64,000 nucleotides of DNA from Oculina patagonica. Its lineage: Eukaryota. Numbering within the stretch: the first letter of the stretch is position 1; each line of letters opens with the position of its first letter. The stretch lies in contig NC_135769.1 of NCBI RefSeq assembly GCF_052425735.1, positions 18,910,001 to 18,974,000 of the forward strand, given 5' to 3'. This document shows positions 27,128-38,895 of the stretch, one piece after another. The position numbers and the translations under genes are program-made. The notes beneath the pieces were generated by a model, which was given only the letters and a program-made list of their open reading frames with translations, was not told where the DNA came from and did no database searches.

Positions 27128-27558
27128 GACCACAGTAATGTATGATGAACTCACAACAAGTAAGTAGTTCCATCAGTGCATGATGCAAAAACAACACTGA
27201 ACTTCATTTCCAAAGTGACAAACTCAATAGAGTGGCCGATCTGAACTTTAGGGTGTTTAAAATGTAGTTTTTATTGTAGTTTTTAAGCTAAACAGTTAAT
27301 TGATGTAATCAATCGGTCCCATTCTGTATCAAAATTACGGAATGCCTATTCTGTATTGGCATTGACAGTGCATTCATGTGACCTGAATAGTGCCTTTTCG
27401 TCGGATCCATTTCTTTCGAATTGTTAAAGAATTTTACAAATCAACTTAAAAGTAATGAAAAATGATTGGCAATTAACTAAAATGTCAAATGCTTTATTTC
27501 CACTTGGGGCGAGAACCACATATGTTGTTTTGTTATTGATTTTGTCATTGGTTTGCTT

Positions 27559-28534
27559 CCCGGCATAGCTAATCGAACTCAATCGAACTTAATCCATGGA
27601 TTGAGTTCGATTGAGTTCGGCAATCGAACGAAATCGAACATCGGACTTTCAGTGAGTTCGATTTCCGAACAAATCGAACTCAATCGAACCCAATCAATCA
27701 GATTGGGTTCGATTGAGTTCGGTAACCGAACTAATTCGAACACAATTAAATGGATTGCGTTCGATTGGCTCTTGGAAACCTATACATACAAAGCAATCCC
27801 GTCGAAAGCAGGTTTTTCTTGCGCTTTTTTACAGTTTATTCGATAACAGCTAATAACAGAAACCCCTGCCCGCAGTTAAGAGAACAGAACCGAACAAGAC
27901 AAAAATATCGTTATTCCAGCGTACGTATTCAAGAATTATTGCACCATTTCCTTTTTAAGCTAACTTACAATTGCAAATTGACAATTCCGAGTGTTACTTG
28001 CCACAGGGAAGAAACTAGTTCAAGTTGAAGGTGACCTAATTGTCCGCGCTCGTTTGCAATTCGGAATGCACGGCCTTTTTCGCCGATTTTTTAAAATAGA
28101 TCACGGAGGGTCGTGGGTTCAAATCCCATCTGGAACCCGGATTTTTTTTTTCGAGTTTTTCAGTCAATGCAAAATTTCAAGTATCATGCGATTTTTTTAA
28201 AACATTGAAATCTTCGCCATCCTTGACGTCAAAGCGACATTCCTGGTAGCCTTTTACTACGCATTTGAAGCTTACAATCCACGTGCTAAACTCCGGGCTG
28301 AAGTAACTCGATCTTCTAAGATCTGGTTATAGATTTTCAATGCCGGTTTTACAAAAATCAAGAGTTCGAAAATCGAACGTTCGATTGAGTTCGATTGAAT
28401 ATTTTCCTTTTCGGTGAGTTCGATTTGGTTCGATTGCCGAACTCAATCGAACTCAATCCATGAATTGAGTTCGATTGGGTTCGATTGAGTTCGATTGAAA
28501 TTTAGTTCGATTGGGTTCGATTTGCTATGCCGGG
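27559..28534. mobile_element. Second copy of the CCCGG-terminus element family (cf. 20903-22102), with a tRNA-SINE fragment at ~28097-28160
   Basis: cccggcatagc / gctatgccggg TIRs, flanking repeat tttgctt, internal homology to 20903-22102; gtcgtgggttcaaatcccatc B-box fragment. Confidence 0.8.
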
Positions 28535-28956
28535 TTTGCTTGCAACACTCAAGTTGTCTTACACCCGCTTTTAGTGAAATGTGCATAATGGCTATCCATC
28601 GACATCCATCTTTTGACGTGCTAAACAAACAAGACGGATCGAAATCCGTAAATCACAGCTCACTAGCATGACCTTCTGAACTTTCGGGCTCATTTGCATG
28701 AAACCAACACTGGTATACATCGGTTTTGATTGGCTCATTTCAAACAGCAGGTTGAAAGGCGACGTCAAAAGATGTATGTAAAAAAATGGCTATGCACATA
28801 ACAGCACAATTTAATATAACCGCAATGACAGCTTGATCATCTTGGCTCATAGCAGTACGTTAAGTATTTCTGACTGATCAATAATTTCTATCCCCTAATT
28901 ATATAATAAAAATTTTGGTTTGTATCTGATCTAAAAATGTTGGTAAAAACGTATAA

Positions 28957-28997
28957 AACTGAATTTTCGGTAACTCTCTGCTACCTTCATCAGAGTT
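28957..28997 (-). ncRNA. Minimal type I hammerhead ribozyme motif (Penelope pLTR-type)
   Basis: Minus strand aact-CTGATGA-A-GGTAGC(agaga)GTTACC-GAA-AATT-C-agtt: stem I aact/agtt, stem II 6 bp, palindromic AATT stem III. Confidence 0.7.
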
Positions 28998-29386
28998 AAC
29001 ATTGGTTCAGTATTTGCATAATAAGTTTTTTATACATCGCCGGTCTCTAAGGATATTCCCAATGTTAAATAAACTTGTGGGAAATGCACATGCTCATTCA
29101 CACAGTTAATGTCCTGGATAGAATGTAGCGCTTCTAAGAATAGGCGTTGTTGCCTATTGTTGACATTTCTTTCTAAAATTTCTACATAATCTGGATGAAT
29201 GTCATGGTCTGTTGTTTCCGCGTGAAATCTTATCGCGCTTTCGTTATTAGATCTTGTGCCTGGCTTGTGTTTCTAATTATATCTTTGTCTTGTTTTTTTT
29301 TAGATCGCTTTTCCCTCCTCTCTTCACTGATGTCCCTTACAAGAGTTAACAATGATAATTTATTGTTGCACCAAGATTCTGTAAAC

Positions 29387-29400
29387 GTAACCATGGATAC
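29387..29400. promoter_or_regulatory. Candidate RFX X-box (also at 39315..39328)
   Basis: GTAACCATGGATAC fits the 14-bp X-box pattern; target gene uncertain. Confidence 0.35.
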
Positions 29401-29428
29401 CGTTGTATATACAAATACTTCCTAAGTT

Positions 29429-29715
29429 AAAAATATTGAGGATCCGATACCAGGATTCATTGTAAGAAGATAAAAAAGCGTTCTCTGGTAAAATATTTTA
29501 AAAAATTATGAGCTTTCGACAGCCAGACTGCTGTCTTCGACGGATAAAAATGAAGTGATAAAATGGACCTAAAAATTATGCGATTCGCTAGTCATATTCA
29601 ATTTTTAGGTCCATTTTATCACTTCATTTTTATCCGTCGAAGACAGCAGTCTGGCTGTCGAAAGCTCATAATTTTTTAAAATATTTTACCAGAGAACGCT
29701 TTTTTATCTTCTTAC
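29429..29715. mobile_element. Foldback insertion with perfect 116-bp arms (29462..29577 / 29600..29715), each arm carrying a hammerhead-like motif
   Basis: Arms are exact reverse complements around a 22-nt loop; flanked by the direct repeat (ta)cttcctaagtt at 29416-29428 and 29713-29725; absent from the duplicate copy (~39330). Confidence 0.8.
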
Positions 29716-30359
29716 TTCCTAAGTTCTTTCTCACAGTGTAACAGCTGATAGGGACTTTGTTGTAATGACACTTTGCTAGATGTTATAAATATTGCAATTT
29801 TTACGCTATTTTGTTTTATTTGTCCGACGTCTCACCAACGCCGTGTTTATGAGTCTCCAAGCGAAACATGATTAAGTTTCCTAATCACATTTAACTTCAA
29901 GACCCTGAAGAATCGAGAAAAATTCAACATCCGTTTTTAATTTATTTAAATATTTCAAACTGGCAAACGACACTGCCAGTAAGTCACAGTGTATTCTTTG
30001 TCAACATTTTTCAGAAAACATTTAGACGCGGCATGAAATATGCACGGTTGTACGATCCTGTACACTTTTACATTTTGTGTGTGCTAAAAAAAAGTTTGAT
30101 GTAAAAAAGGTTAACTTTGATATTAGTTTTTGTACTGTCATGTTCTGTGACCTTCACGCATGTTTATATAAGAAACCATTGTCGCAATAAAGTAGAAATT
30201 TCCTTATGCATTTGTATTGTTGGGTCTCTGTTATGTTTTCTTGTTGTTGTTGTTTTTTCAGGAATTACGAAACAGATATTTAAAGGAGCTATGTAAAGAT
30301 ATATAATGTCTTCCTTTTTGCGTCGTACAAAATTACTTTTTAACCGAGAAAAACACCCT

Positions 30360-30843
30360 AAAGCCTAATAGCTCTGGATGGGATGCTAGTCGCCGGTTTC
30401 ACCGCGGTCAAACGTCTCAGGCAGCTTTTATTTCCATTTTGGCGTTTTTTGTTCATATTGAAGTGTTAGTATGAACAAGGATAGACAAAATAGTTGCTGA
30501 GTGTAAACATATTCCCATTTCCTCAGGTAAACGAGTGTTTTTACTTTTTAAATGTTCCGCATCTGAACCAAAGTGCTTTGACAAATGGCATCGACAAGTC
30601 CGCATATCGCTATTTTCAAACACGTAGAACTTTTTTAGTAAAGCTCCAAAAAACTTAGTAAACCCTTATGGTTCAGATGCGGAACATTTGAACTGTGAAA
30701 ATTAAAACCTTATCTTTGCAGTACTTTCCTTTTTTTTTGCATATTTCTGTTGTTTGACCGCGGTCGAGTCGCCCGTACCGCTCGCCGGGAGCGCTCGATC
30801 CGGAGTCCAGCGCACTAATCATTAGGCTACCGCGCCTCCCATA
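30360..30843 (-). mobile_element. tRNA-derived SINE remnant interrupted by an inverted-repeat element (~30390-30775); duplicate at ~40022-40505
   Basis: Minus-strand head gggaggcgcggtagcctaatgattagtgcgctggactccggatcgagc (A-box-like) and 3' gactagcatcccatccag; inner accgcggtcaaac / gtttgaccgcggt. Confidence 0.55.
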
Positions 30844-30910
30844 CCCTTAAAGGTAATAATAAACCTTGAGATGGAATATGTACGAAGAACGTAATACGCT
30901 ACTTCCAATA

Positions 30911-31266
30911 CAGTAAAAACCCGCGTATAAGAACCTAACATTTAAGAACCTGTTAGGCTAAAATTTCATTTTTAAGCACCCTTCACATAAGAACCATTTT
31001 AGGCTAAAATTCTAAAACAGGTTCTTATTTTCAAAAAAGAAAAAAATTATCTTCTCAAAAATATATCTATAACACAGTCTCTACACATTATGGTTACAGC
31101 ATAGTTACATAAAACTTGTCCTCCTTCAATATAATTATTTTATTATTATTTCTTGAACAAAAGTTAAGAACCTAGTTAGCCTAATTTTACACTAAATACC
31201 ATTTATATAAGAACCTGTTTAGGCTAACTTGAAATAACCTAGGTTCTTATACGCGGGTTTTTACTG
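30911..31266. mobile_element. Tc1/mariner-type MITE (duplicate at 40574..40945)
   Basis: ta|cagtaaaaacccgcgtataagaacct ... aggttcttatacgcgggtttttactg|ta. Confidence 0.8.
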
Positions 31267-31447
31267 TAACTTCAATTGTAAAGAAACGAACAATGGAAAG
31301 AGTAATATGAAGTATGGGATAACGTCGCAATCACGGTATGGTACTCGAGAGGGAGAGCATATAATTGGCGAGTGAAAACCGGAATGGTCGCCGGCACGGA
31401 AAGGAGAAATCGGTAGAAACATTACTGATTTGCCTTTGCCCGTTAGT

Positions 31448-31645
31448 TAGACTGTCCACAGCCTCTCGATTTTTCAACGCAAAAAAGCAAACTAAGCGAG
31501 CGCGAAGCGCGAGTGCGTAGGGGGAGGGGGCGGGAAGCGACCCTTGCTTCTTCCATTTTGCGCTGGCGGCCAGTTCTCACGCTGTTCTCACCGCGCGCTC
31601 ATCGATCGAGAAAACACGAAAAAATAGAGGGCTGTGAACAGTCTA
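31448..31645. mobile_element. Polymorphic 198-bp MITE with perfect 9-bp TSD
   Basis: tagactgt / acagtcta TIRs; TSD cccgttagt at 31439-31447 and 31646-31654; empty site with a single cccgttagt at ~41118. Confidence 0.9.
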
Positions 31646-33560
31646 CCCGTTAGTGATCTCGCCCAACTCAATTGTATGCCCCTGGGTCACTTGGGATGTA
31701 ATTAGTTCTCAGTACCAATTAGCTGAACTTCATTACAGTAGATGATCGTGCCGCTTCTCATTTTATAAAGCTCAAATTGCTTATACGAGTATTAAACGTG
31801 TCATTTCTGTGCTGTGTGCCTAGTGTCCACTGATTTGTCTCTGTTTAGTTTAGCCCTCTGTACCAAAAAGCTAAGCTTATGCTTTTGTTGTCGAACTAAT
31901 AACTGGCATCTTAAAGATCGGCGTTAATTGTATGGTGTTAATCAATCATTTGGTTTTCACTTAAAAATTGTTTGGTGGGTTATGTAAGAAGTTAGGCACG
32001 TTTTTTGGCAAAGATTTTGTGATTGACTTAACTGCACATGTGGACACGAAATAAAATCGTAATCCAACGCATTAGTTTGAATTTCGGCAATATGACAATG
32101 GGCTGTTTTGTTAAATCATTTCCCTTTAGAAAATATCGTAGCTCGTCATTTATTAGAATGTCTTGAGCCCTACTTCTTCATTTTCAAACTTTTTTCTCCA
32201 ATATTTCCTGAAAATTAATAGCGTTTTTTTTTCGTTATTTTATTGGGCCTGTCATAAAAATTGATAAAAAATCTAATGAGCTCACGATCATGAAAACAAT
32301 TTTATTTTTAGAATTTAATTAACACTGAAGTAACATAAATTTTAATAACTGGCTGAAACTGTCCGACTTTTTGTCTTTTCGGCTTTTGGTTATGTGCAGC
32401 CGACTAAAACTTAAAATAATTTTCCCGTTCCCGCATAGCGAAAGTTATTAAATACTGGAAGTCGACTTCTGCAACTATTTTTACGCTCCATAAACATCAA
32501 CTGTCTATACTTCAACCTTTCTTTGAAAGAAGTCAGAAAGGTCGTGAAAGAGTTATAAATAAGCTTAGATTTTCATTTTGCTTCGAGCTGTTCCTAAACA
32601 ATAAAAGCGACAACCGAAAAAGGAACAATACAAAGTAATTTTTTTCGGCAACTTTAGTTTGTATGACAGGGTGGACATTGCAATATCATGTGTGATGAAT
32701 AAGCCCCATTATTTGCAAATTAAACCCCTCTTAACAAGGTGCTGGTTTTGTTTACTGTATGAAGAACGTGAAATTAGCTTGAAAAGTTACAAGCAAAATT
32801 GTGAGGAGCGAGCCCTTTTAGTTGAAATACGAAACATCTAGATCTTTTCTAAAAGAAGCCCTTTAAATGTTTTTTCGTCCTTTAAAAAGAAATCATTTTA
32901 GAACGATCAGGTCCATTTCAGAAAAACAAACTACTTAAAGAAACAAAAGTCGGCGAGGGCAAAGAAAACTGTCTGCATAAATTTTAATGATTATCTAATT
33001 CACTAATCCTCGCCAACAAAAGCGAAGTGGAATCATTTAGATATCATTCTCTTACTGTTTATTCGCGTATACCGGTGAATGTCAGTTATTTGTCTTGAGC
33101 TCGAACTCAAAAAGCGATCGTTTACGGTTCGGGATAACTGATATCAACTTTCCATAGAAGAAGGTTTTTAGCTGTAGGCGAAAAAAAGAACGTGCCGATA
33201 ATTGATTATTGCACGGTTGAAAAGGCTTTTTTTTGGCTCGCCTAATGACATGAATTTTTTGTTTCGTGCAGTTAATAAACCCAACGCCGAGCCTTTACAT
33301 AACAATTTAGTCCACAAGGGAATAATCTTGTTGGCTTTTAATTGGCTACTAGCTTTCTCATTATCGACAGACAGCCAACTTGTCCAAATCCTTCTTGAAT
33401 GAGTCTTTTGCATAACAGAGATTATGCCAAGTGGCTGATTTGAAGCTCATAATCGCTTCACTTCCTAACGAGACGTTCTTGTTGTTGTGCAATGTGGGAG
33501 CCCTTGTTTCCAGGCAAAAGAAATTTTCACGGAAACTTTCGAGATTAGTGTATTCCTGTC

Positions 33561-36500
33561 ATGGATCCGGTCACATCCATGAAAATTATCGTTTTTCCGA
33601 GCCTTGAAGACAAGATTTTTGTTGGGGACAAGAGAGGGTTTTGCCCGGCGTCTTCAAGCGTGTTTAACAAGCCAACAAAGTCTGGAGTCCTTCTCGACGG
33701 CAGACAAACAAAAAATGGCGAACGAACTGAATTGAGAATTCTAGCAGACGAACGAAAGAATTGCAAGAACAGAAGACAATTTAGCTGCCCGAAAATCATC
33801 GATTTTAACACGCTGAAATCGTTCCAAGAAATTCAACCCATGCACAAACCCAGACGCATCTTCAATGGGTTCTTCCCTTCCAGGGTCAGATCAACAACTA
33901 CTGGTTTACCGAGTGCTTATAAAGAAGGACAAGTAAGTTCGGGCTTTTTTATCTTTCTGATATAACGTTAATAGAAGGGGATACTTAATAAGATGATTAA
34001 AACGTTTAGTCTCCACAATCGAAGTTGCCATGCGACACAGTGTGTTATCAGCGGGGGCAACCCATTCGGAAATATTACAGACGACCTTTAAAAATTGTGT
34101 TTCGCTGCTCACGGAAGAGCAGGCTTATTTTAGCATAGTTTTTCCTGACTGAGTTGAATACAGAATTTTTTGAGTTATCCCGTTGAGCCTTTCGAATAAT
34201 CATTTTGGATCTTTCAAAACGACTACTAAAGCTTTTCTTACGCTTAAGTACGCATGATTTAATCTGAAAGGCATTTTGCCTAATGCAACATAGCCTTTAG
34301 CTTTGATCGAATTTTATAGAAATGCGGTATATTCTGCGTTATATAAATACGTTTTTGAGGTTTGAATAAGAATTACTGACACTACTTCAGTTTATAAGGG
34401 TTAAATAGCACCAGCTTGTAAAATGGTTTACATAGTATCCACACTCTTATGCAATGTATGTGAGCGCGTTGGCCTTGCATTGAAAATCATTCTTCAAAGC
34501 AACCTACACTAACATTCGATCCGAAAAGGAAAACGTTATGGTCGTAGTGAAAATACTGGAATAACTAAGATGTCGTGAGCTTTTTGTAGGGATCAAAGTC
34601 TTTCTTGTTTATATTGCTAGAAGGCGCTTTTACTTTTACGAGACGTTATGGGGAAAATTAAATCTTTCGAAGAACAGATTCGTTCACCAAATCTTCCGTA
34701 GAATTTGTATTTTCCCGAAAATCTAGCTACAGCGTAGTCGGCCTTTTTTTCGTACTTGACGTAGCACCCTTTAGATTCCTGGCGACTTCAGTTTTTGTAG
34801 AAAAGAAAGTCGATTTTATTCTTAAAAATAACAGAGAATTCTAAATTGATGTCTGAAGGCAACTCATATCCTCCGTTATATGCCGCTGATATAGTAGGAA
34901 GCAATCAATATCTGAAAATTATTTTCTTTCTCTTTGATATGCCTTCAAACTGCGACAGAACATTTTTACATGTATATAACTTACCAGACAGTTTTTTCAT
35001 TGTTTTTATGAAGAAAAAGGCAAAAATTTTAATAATTTTAGCACGATCTGTATATTAAGAGATCATATATTGATTACTACGTGGCGACAGTTATTAGATC
35101 TTCGTCGCAATTATCATTGCAGGCTTTCTTATGATAGTAATATATTTTTTTGTTGTTGGTTAGTCGAAAGTAATTTTATCATGATAGGAAAGAAAACTAT
35201 CTTGCTAGCAGAGCCTTTCTTAACTCCACGCAGGGTGCAAAAAATTCGAAAACCTTCACTATTGCCTTCGCCTAGAAGGTTGAAAAAAAGAAATATCATT
35301 GATATTGTTTTATCGGGGTTCTGGTTTTTTTTTTAAGAACGGGAAGTAAAATAGTCGCCAAACATCTTAAGATCGAAACAACATCATCGTTTTAATCCCA
35401 TGTCAGTTTACACAAAGACTAGGACTGGGAAACTAAACAGTTCAAATTGATTGGGTTGAGACCCACAGTCTACTGAGACCTACTGAGTTTTTGTAGCTTG
35501 ATAGTGAAGAGAACTAAATTTAAAGATTTAATCGAGAAAAAGTGAGCTATTCCGGAACTGAGGACAATTTTCTTTCTGATCAGCAAAAAGCACCGTGTCC
35601 GACTAACTGAGCAACTGACTGACTTTACTGTTCTAATTGTATGTCGAGCTGTGTAGCATGGTGTCGCTGGCAGGTTCCACCGCTGAGTAAAGGTGAAGTC
35701 TTGTCAGATGCAAGCGTTCACAATAAAATGAGTTTTCTGAGGTCTTCGAAGTTGTTCACAATCGCAGTTATTTCTGTGCACGCTTTTGCTAGTCATTATC
35801 ACTTCCTAATGCGAATTGTCGAGTACTTTATTCTCAAAAAGAAGCCATAATTATTTATTGAGTTTTAGAGTGTCTAAAAATCATGCGCAAACTAAACAAA
35901 CTTCGTTAAAAATAATATTACAGAAAGTAAGCATGGCGTGTTTATTTTTCCCGCGAACGGCAAGAATTATACTTCTGCCGTCTGCAGTTTGGCGTTTCAT
36001 ACGCGGAAATGAGTAGTTTTTGTTTGTCGTGAATGTGGGATTTTTTCTCCATTTTTATGAGGGATTAATTAAGAATTCGATAAAATGGTAACAAAATGAA
36101 AGGCAAGCTCGCGTTTGCCGTTAGCCGTATAACGTCATGCTTAACCTCTTTGCGATTTTCCGGCAGCCTGTAATATTCTGGGCATTCAAAAGATAATCCC
36201 AGTAGTGAAGTAGTCATTCTTTTTGTAAAACGTCACTTAACACTTACGTTTTTTTCCTATTTTTTAAGGAAACTACACTTGAAGAGCTCGTTCCCAATCC
36301 AAACTGTCCACCTTGTCAAGACGGGGCAGTGCTCTCTCGCACCGCGACTTCAAGGAACAGCAGTTTACGATCCGAGCCGATCACATTGCCGAGTGAATCC
36401 GAGCCCCGACTGTCACCACGGCTAAACACAAAAACAGACTCGAGGAGGGTGGTGTACTCGTTGAGAAATGGCTCTCCCTCTCCCTGGGTCGACAGATACA

Positions 36501-36598
36501 AGCTCAAACAGAAGTCAATTTCAGCATCGACATTTGTGGATCTTAAAAACCGTACAGGCACTGCTGAAGATCCGCCAGTTCGAGGATTTTCAAGATAG
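33561..36598 (+). CDS. Uncharacterised basic, Ser/Arg-rich protein, ~233 aa; join(33561..33932,36269..36598)
   Basis: ORF ends at a strong donor CAA|gtaagt and joins in phase 0 to an acceptor tttttaag|GAAACT, giving one open frame to TAG; aataaa shortly downstream; no recognisable domain. Confidence 0.55.
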
Positions 36599-37459
36599 TA
36601 ATTAATTTATGGACTAATAATAAAAGAATAGTTATTTGTTTTGTTAAAGTGAAACAAGAATTCAAGTGTCTAAATTATGAATGTTGTCTTTTTCCATGAA
36701 GGGGAAGTTAGGTCATCTTTCTTTTCGGGATTCAAAATGAAGGCCTTTGCCATCCTCACAGGTTTTAAGTTATTGTCAGAAATGAGCTTCTTTGGCCGTG
36801 TTAAAAAAGTAATATAAATAATACGAATGGGCATTTTATTTATAAGGAACGTGACGTACTTTTTACCGATAACTGAACAGCACTGTTTCGTTTTATGTAC
36901 TTAAATCAGTTGTTGTGCGGGTGTGTGTTTCCTTTCGAGGAGAACTTTTAAAAAAATGGGTTCTGTAGATTTTAAATAGCATAATGCGACAGTTTTAGAC
37001 AGACAGGTCCATGCATGTAAATAAATGAAACAAAATAACTGAATTAAAGGGAAATGTTACGAGTTTTATTTTCTGTGTGTCAGTTTGATGATTAAGATAA
37101 GTAAATGTAGCGCGCGAGGAAAATGCGTGCTCTCTACGCCCTGATAAGTCCCCTCGTTGAAAATCACGGCTTACATTACCATTTGGTACATGATTCTCAT
37201 GCCGGAAAATCTACCGTTAAATTCCGAAATAAAGACCCCCCCCCCCCCCCCGTCTCGGAAAATAAACTCCCAAATTTCTGACGCAAAAACCCTTCCGATA
37301 ATAAGCTCTCCCAAATATAAGCCAATGGGCTTATATTCAGTTATAACTCTTACAGAATTGAAAAGATATAACTTTTCCTGTCATTAAAGATGTGAATATT
37401 GTTCATCGTGGTGTAAGATAGGTAATGAACGTTTATTCGTTTGTCTCACGATAGAATCG

Positions 37460-37942
37460 CTTTGAGATGTTGATCGCGACGAGATGTTGATCGCGACGTT
37501 TCGACTGCAATACTGCTAGTCTTCATCAGGCGATGAGGTCGATTGTTTACGCGTCGCTGTTTATGCACGTTGGTTCGCTGTGATTGGTGCATTTCGATCC
37601 TCATTATTATTCCGACTAACAGATGGTGTTCCCTCATAGGTCCGCTTTGTAGTTGAACGACTGTTATGCTTTCTGATCGTAGGTATCCATGCTTCAGGAA
37701 TTTCATTTCCGCTATCTCTATTGATGTTATGAAGTCTTATTTGGAATGAAGTCTTATTTGGATAGCCTCTTTGACCCTGCGTGTGTATCGGTGAGGGTCA
37801 CGATCGATAAACTTGACTTGATTCCATAAAGGAATATGCCCCGTTTCGTTTGCGTCCTCCGAAACTGCGGAGTTTTGTGTATGAGCAAGCCTTATGTCTC
37901 TGTCGTGTTCTTTTATCCTGTCTTGCATCGCTCTCCCTGTTT
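37460..37942 (-). mobile_element. Penelope-like retroelement 3' remnant (GIY-YIG C-terminus plus pLTR), truncated by the gap
   Basis: TGRAMQDRIKEH...SAVSE...GH...EAIQIRL; hammerhead in the 3' region. Confidence 0.8.
37490..37534 (-). ncRNA. Minimal type I hammerhead ribozyme of the Penelope element
   Basis: ATCGC-CTGATGA-A-GACT(agcagtattgc)AGTC-GAA-ACGT-C-GCGAT: stem I 5 bp, stem II, palindromic ACGT stem III, GUC cleavage triplet. Confidence 0.8.
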
Positions 37943-38442
37943 NNNNNNNNNNNNNNNNNNNNNNNNNNNNNNNNNNNNNNNNNNNNNNNNNNNNNNNNNN
38001 NNNNNNNNNNNNNNNNNNNNNNNNNNNNNNNNNNNNNNNNNNNNNNNNNNNNNNNNNNNNNNNNNNNNNNNNNNNNNNNNNNNNNNNNNNNNNNNNNNNN
38101 NNNNNNNNNNNNNNNNNNNNNNNNNNNNNNNNNNNNNNNNNNNNNNNNNNNNNNNNNNNNNNNNNNNNNNNNNNNNNNNNNNNNNNNNNNNNNNNNNNNN
38201 NNNNNNNNNNNNNNNNNNNNNNNNNNNNNNNNNNNNNNNNNNNNNNNNNNNNNNNNNNNNNNNNNNNNNNNNNNNNNNNNNNNNNNNNNNNNNNNNNNNN
38301 NNNNNNNNNNNNNNNNNNNNNNNNNNNNNNNNNNNNNNNNNNNNNNNNNNNNNNNNNNNNNNNNNNNNNNNNNNNNNNNNNNNNNNNNNNNNNNNNNNNN
38401 NNNNNNNNNNNNNNNNNNNNNNNNNNNNNNNNNNNNNNNNNN
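37943..38442. other. Scaffolding gap (exactly 500 N)
   Basis: Run of n separating the two duplicated blocks. Confidence 1.
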
Positions 38443-38854
38443 ACACTCAAGTTGTCTTACACCCGCTTTTAGTGAAATGTGCATAATGGCTATCCATCGA
38501 CATCCATCTTTTGACGTGCTAAACAAACAAGACGGATCGAAATCCGTAAATCACAGCCCACTAGCATGACCTTCTGAACTTTCGGGCTCATTTGCATGAA
38601 ACCAACACTGGTATACATCGGTTTTGATTGGCTCATTTCAAACAGCAGGTTGAAAGGCGACATTAAAATATGTATGTAGAAAGATGGCTATGCACATAAC
38701 AGCACAATTTAATATAACCACAATGACAGCTTGATCATCTTGGCTCATAGCAGTATGTTAAGTAATTCTGACTGATCAATAATTTCTATCTCCTAATTAT
38801 ATAATAAAAATTTTGGTTTGTATCTGATCTAAAAATGTTGGTAAAAACGTTTAA

Positions 38855-38895
38855 AACTGAATTTTCGGTAACTCTCTGCTACCTTCATCAGAGTT
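38855..38895 (-). ncRNA. Hammerhead ribozyme motif (duplicate of 28957..28997)
   Basis: Identical core and stems. Confidence 0.7.

Larger units (their letters stand above)
28545..37942 (+). repeat. Copy 1 of a ~9.4 kb near-identical direct duplication
   Basis: Collinear with 38443-47379; differs by scattered SNPs, small indels and two insertions. Confidence 0.95.

Noticed and set aside
37737-38569. Long ORFs spanning N runs (also 14456-14787)
   Set aside because: Artefacts of translating assembly gaps
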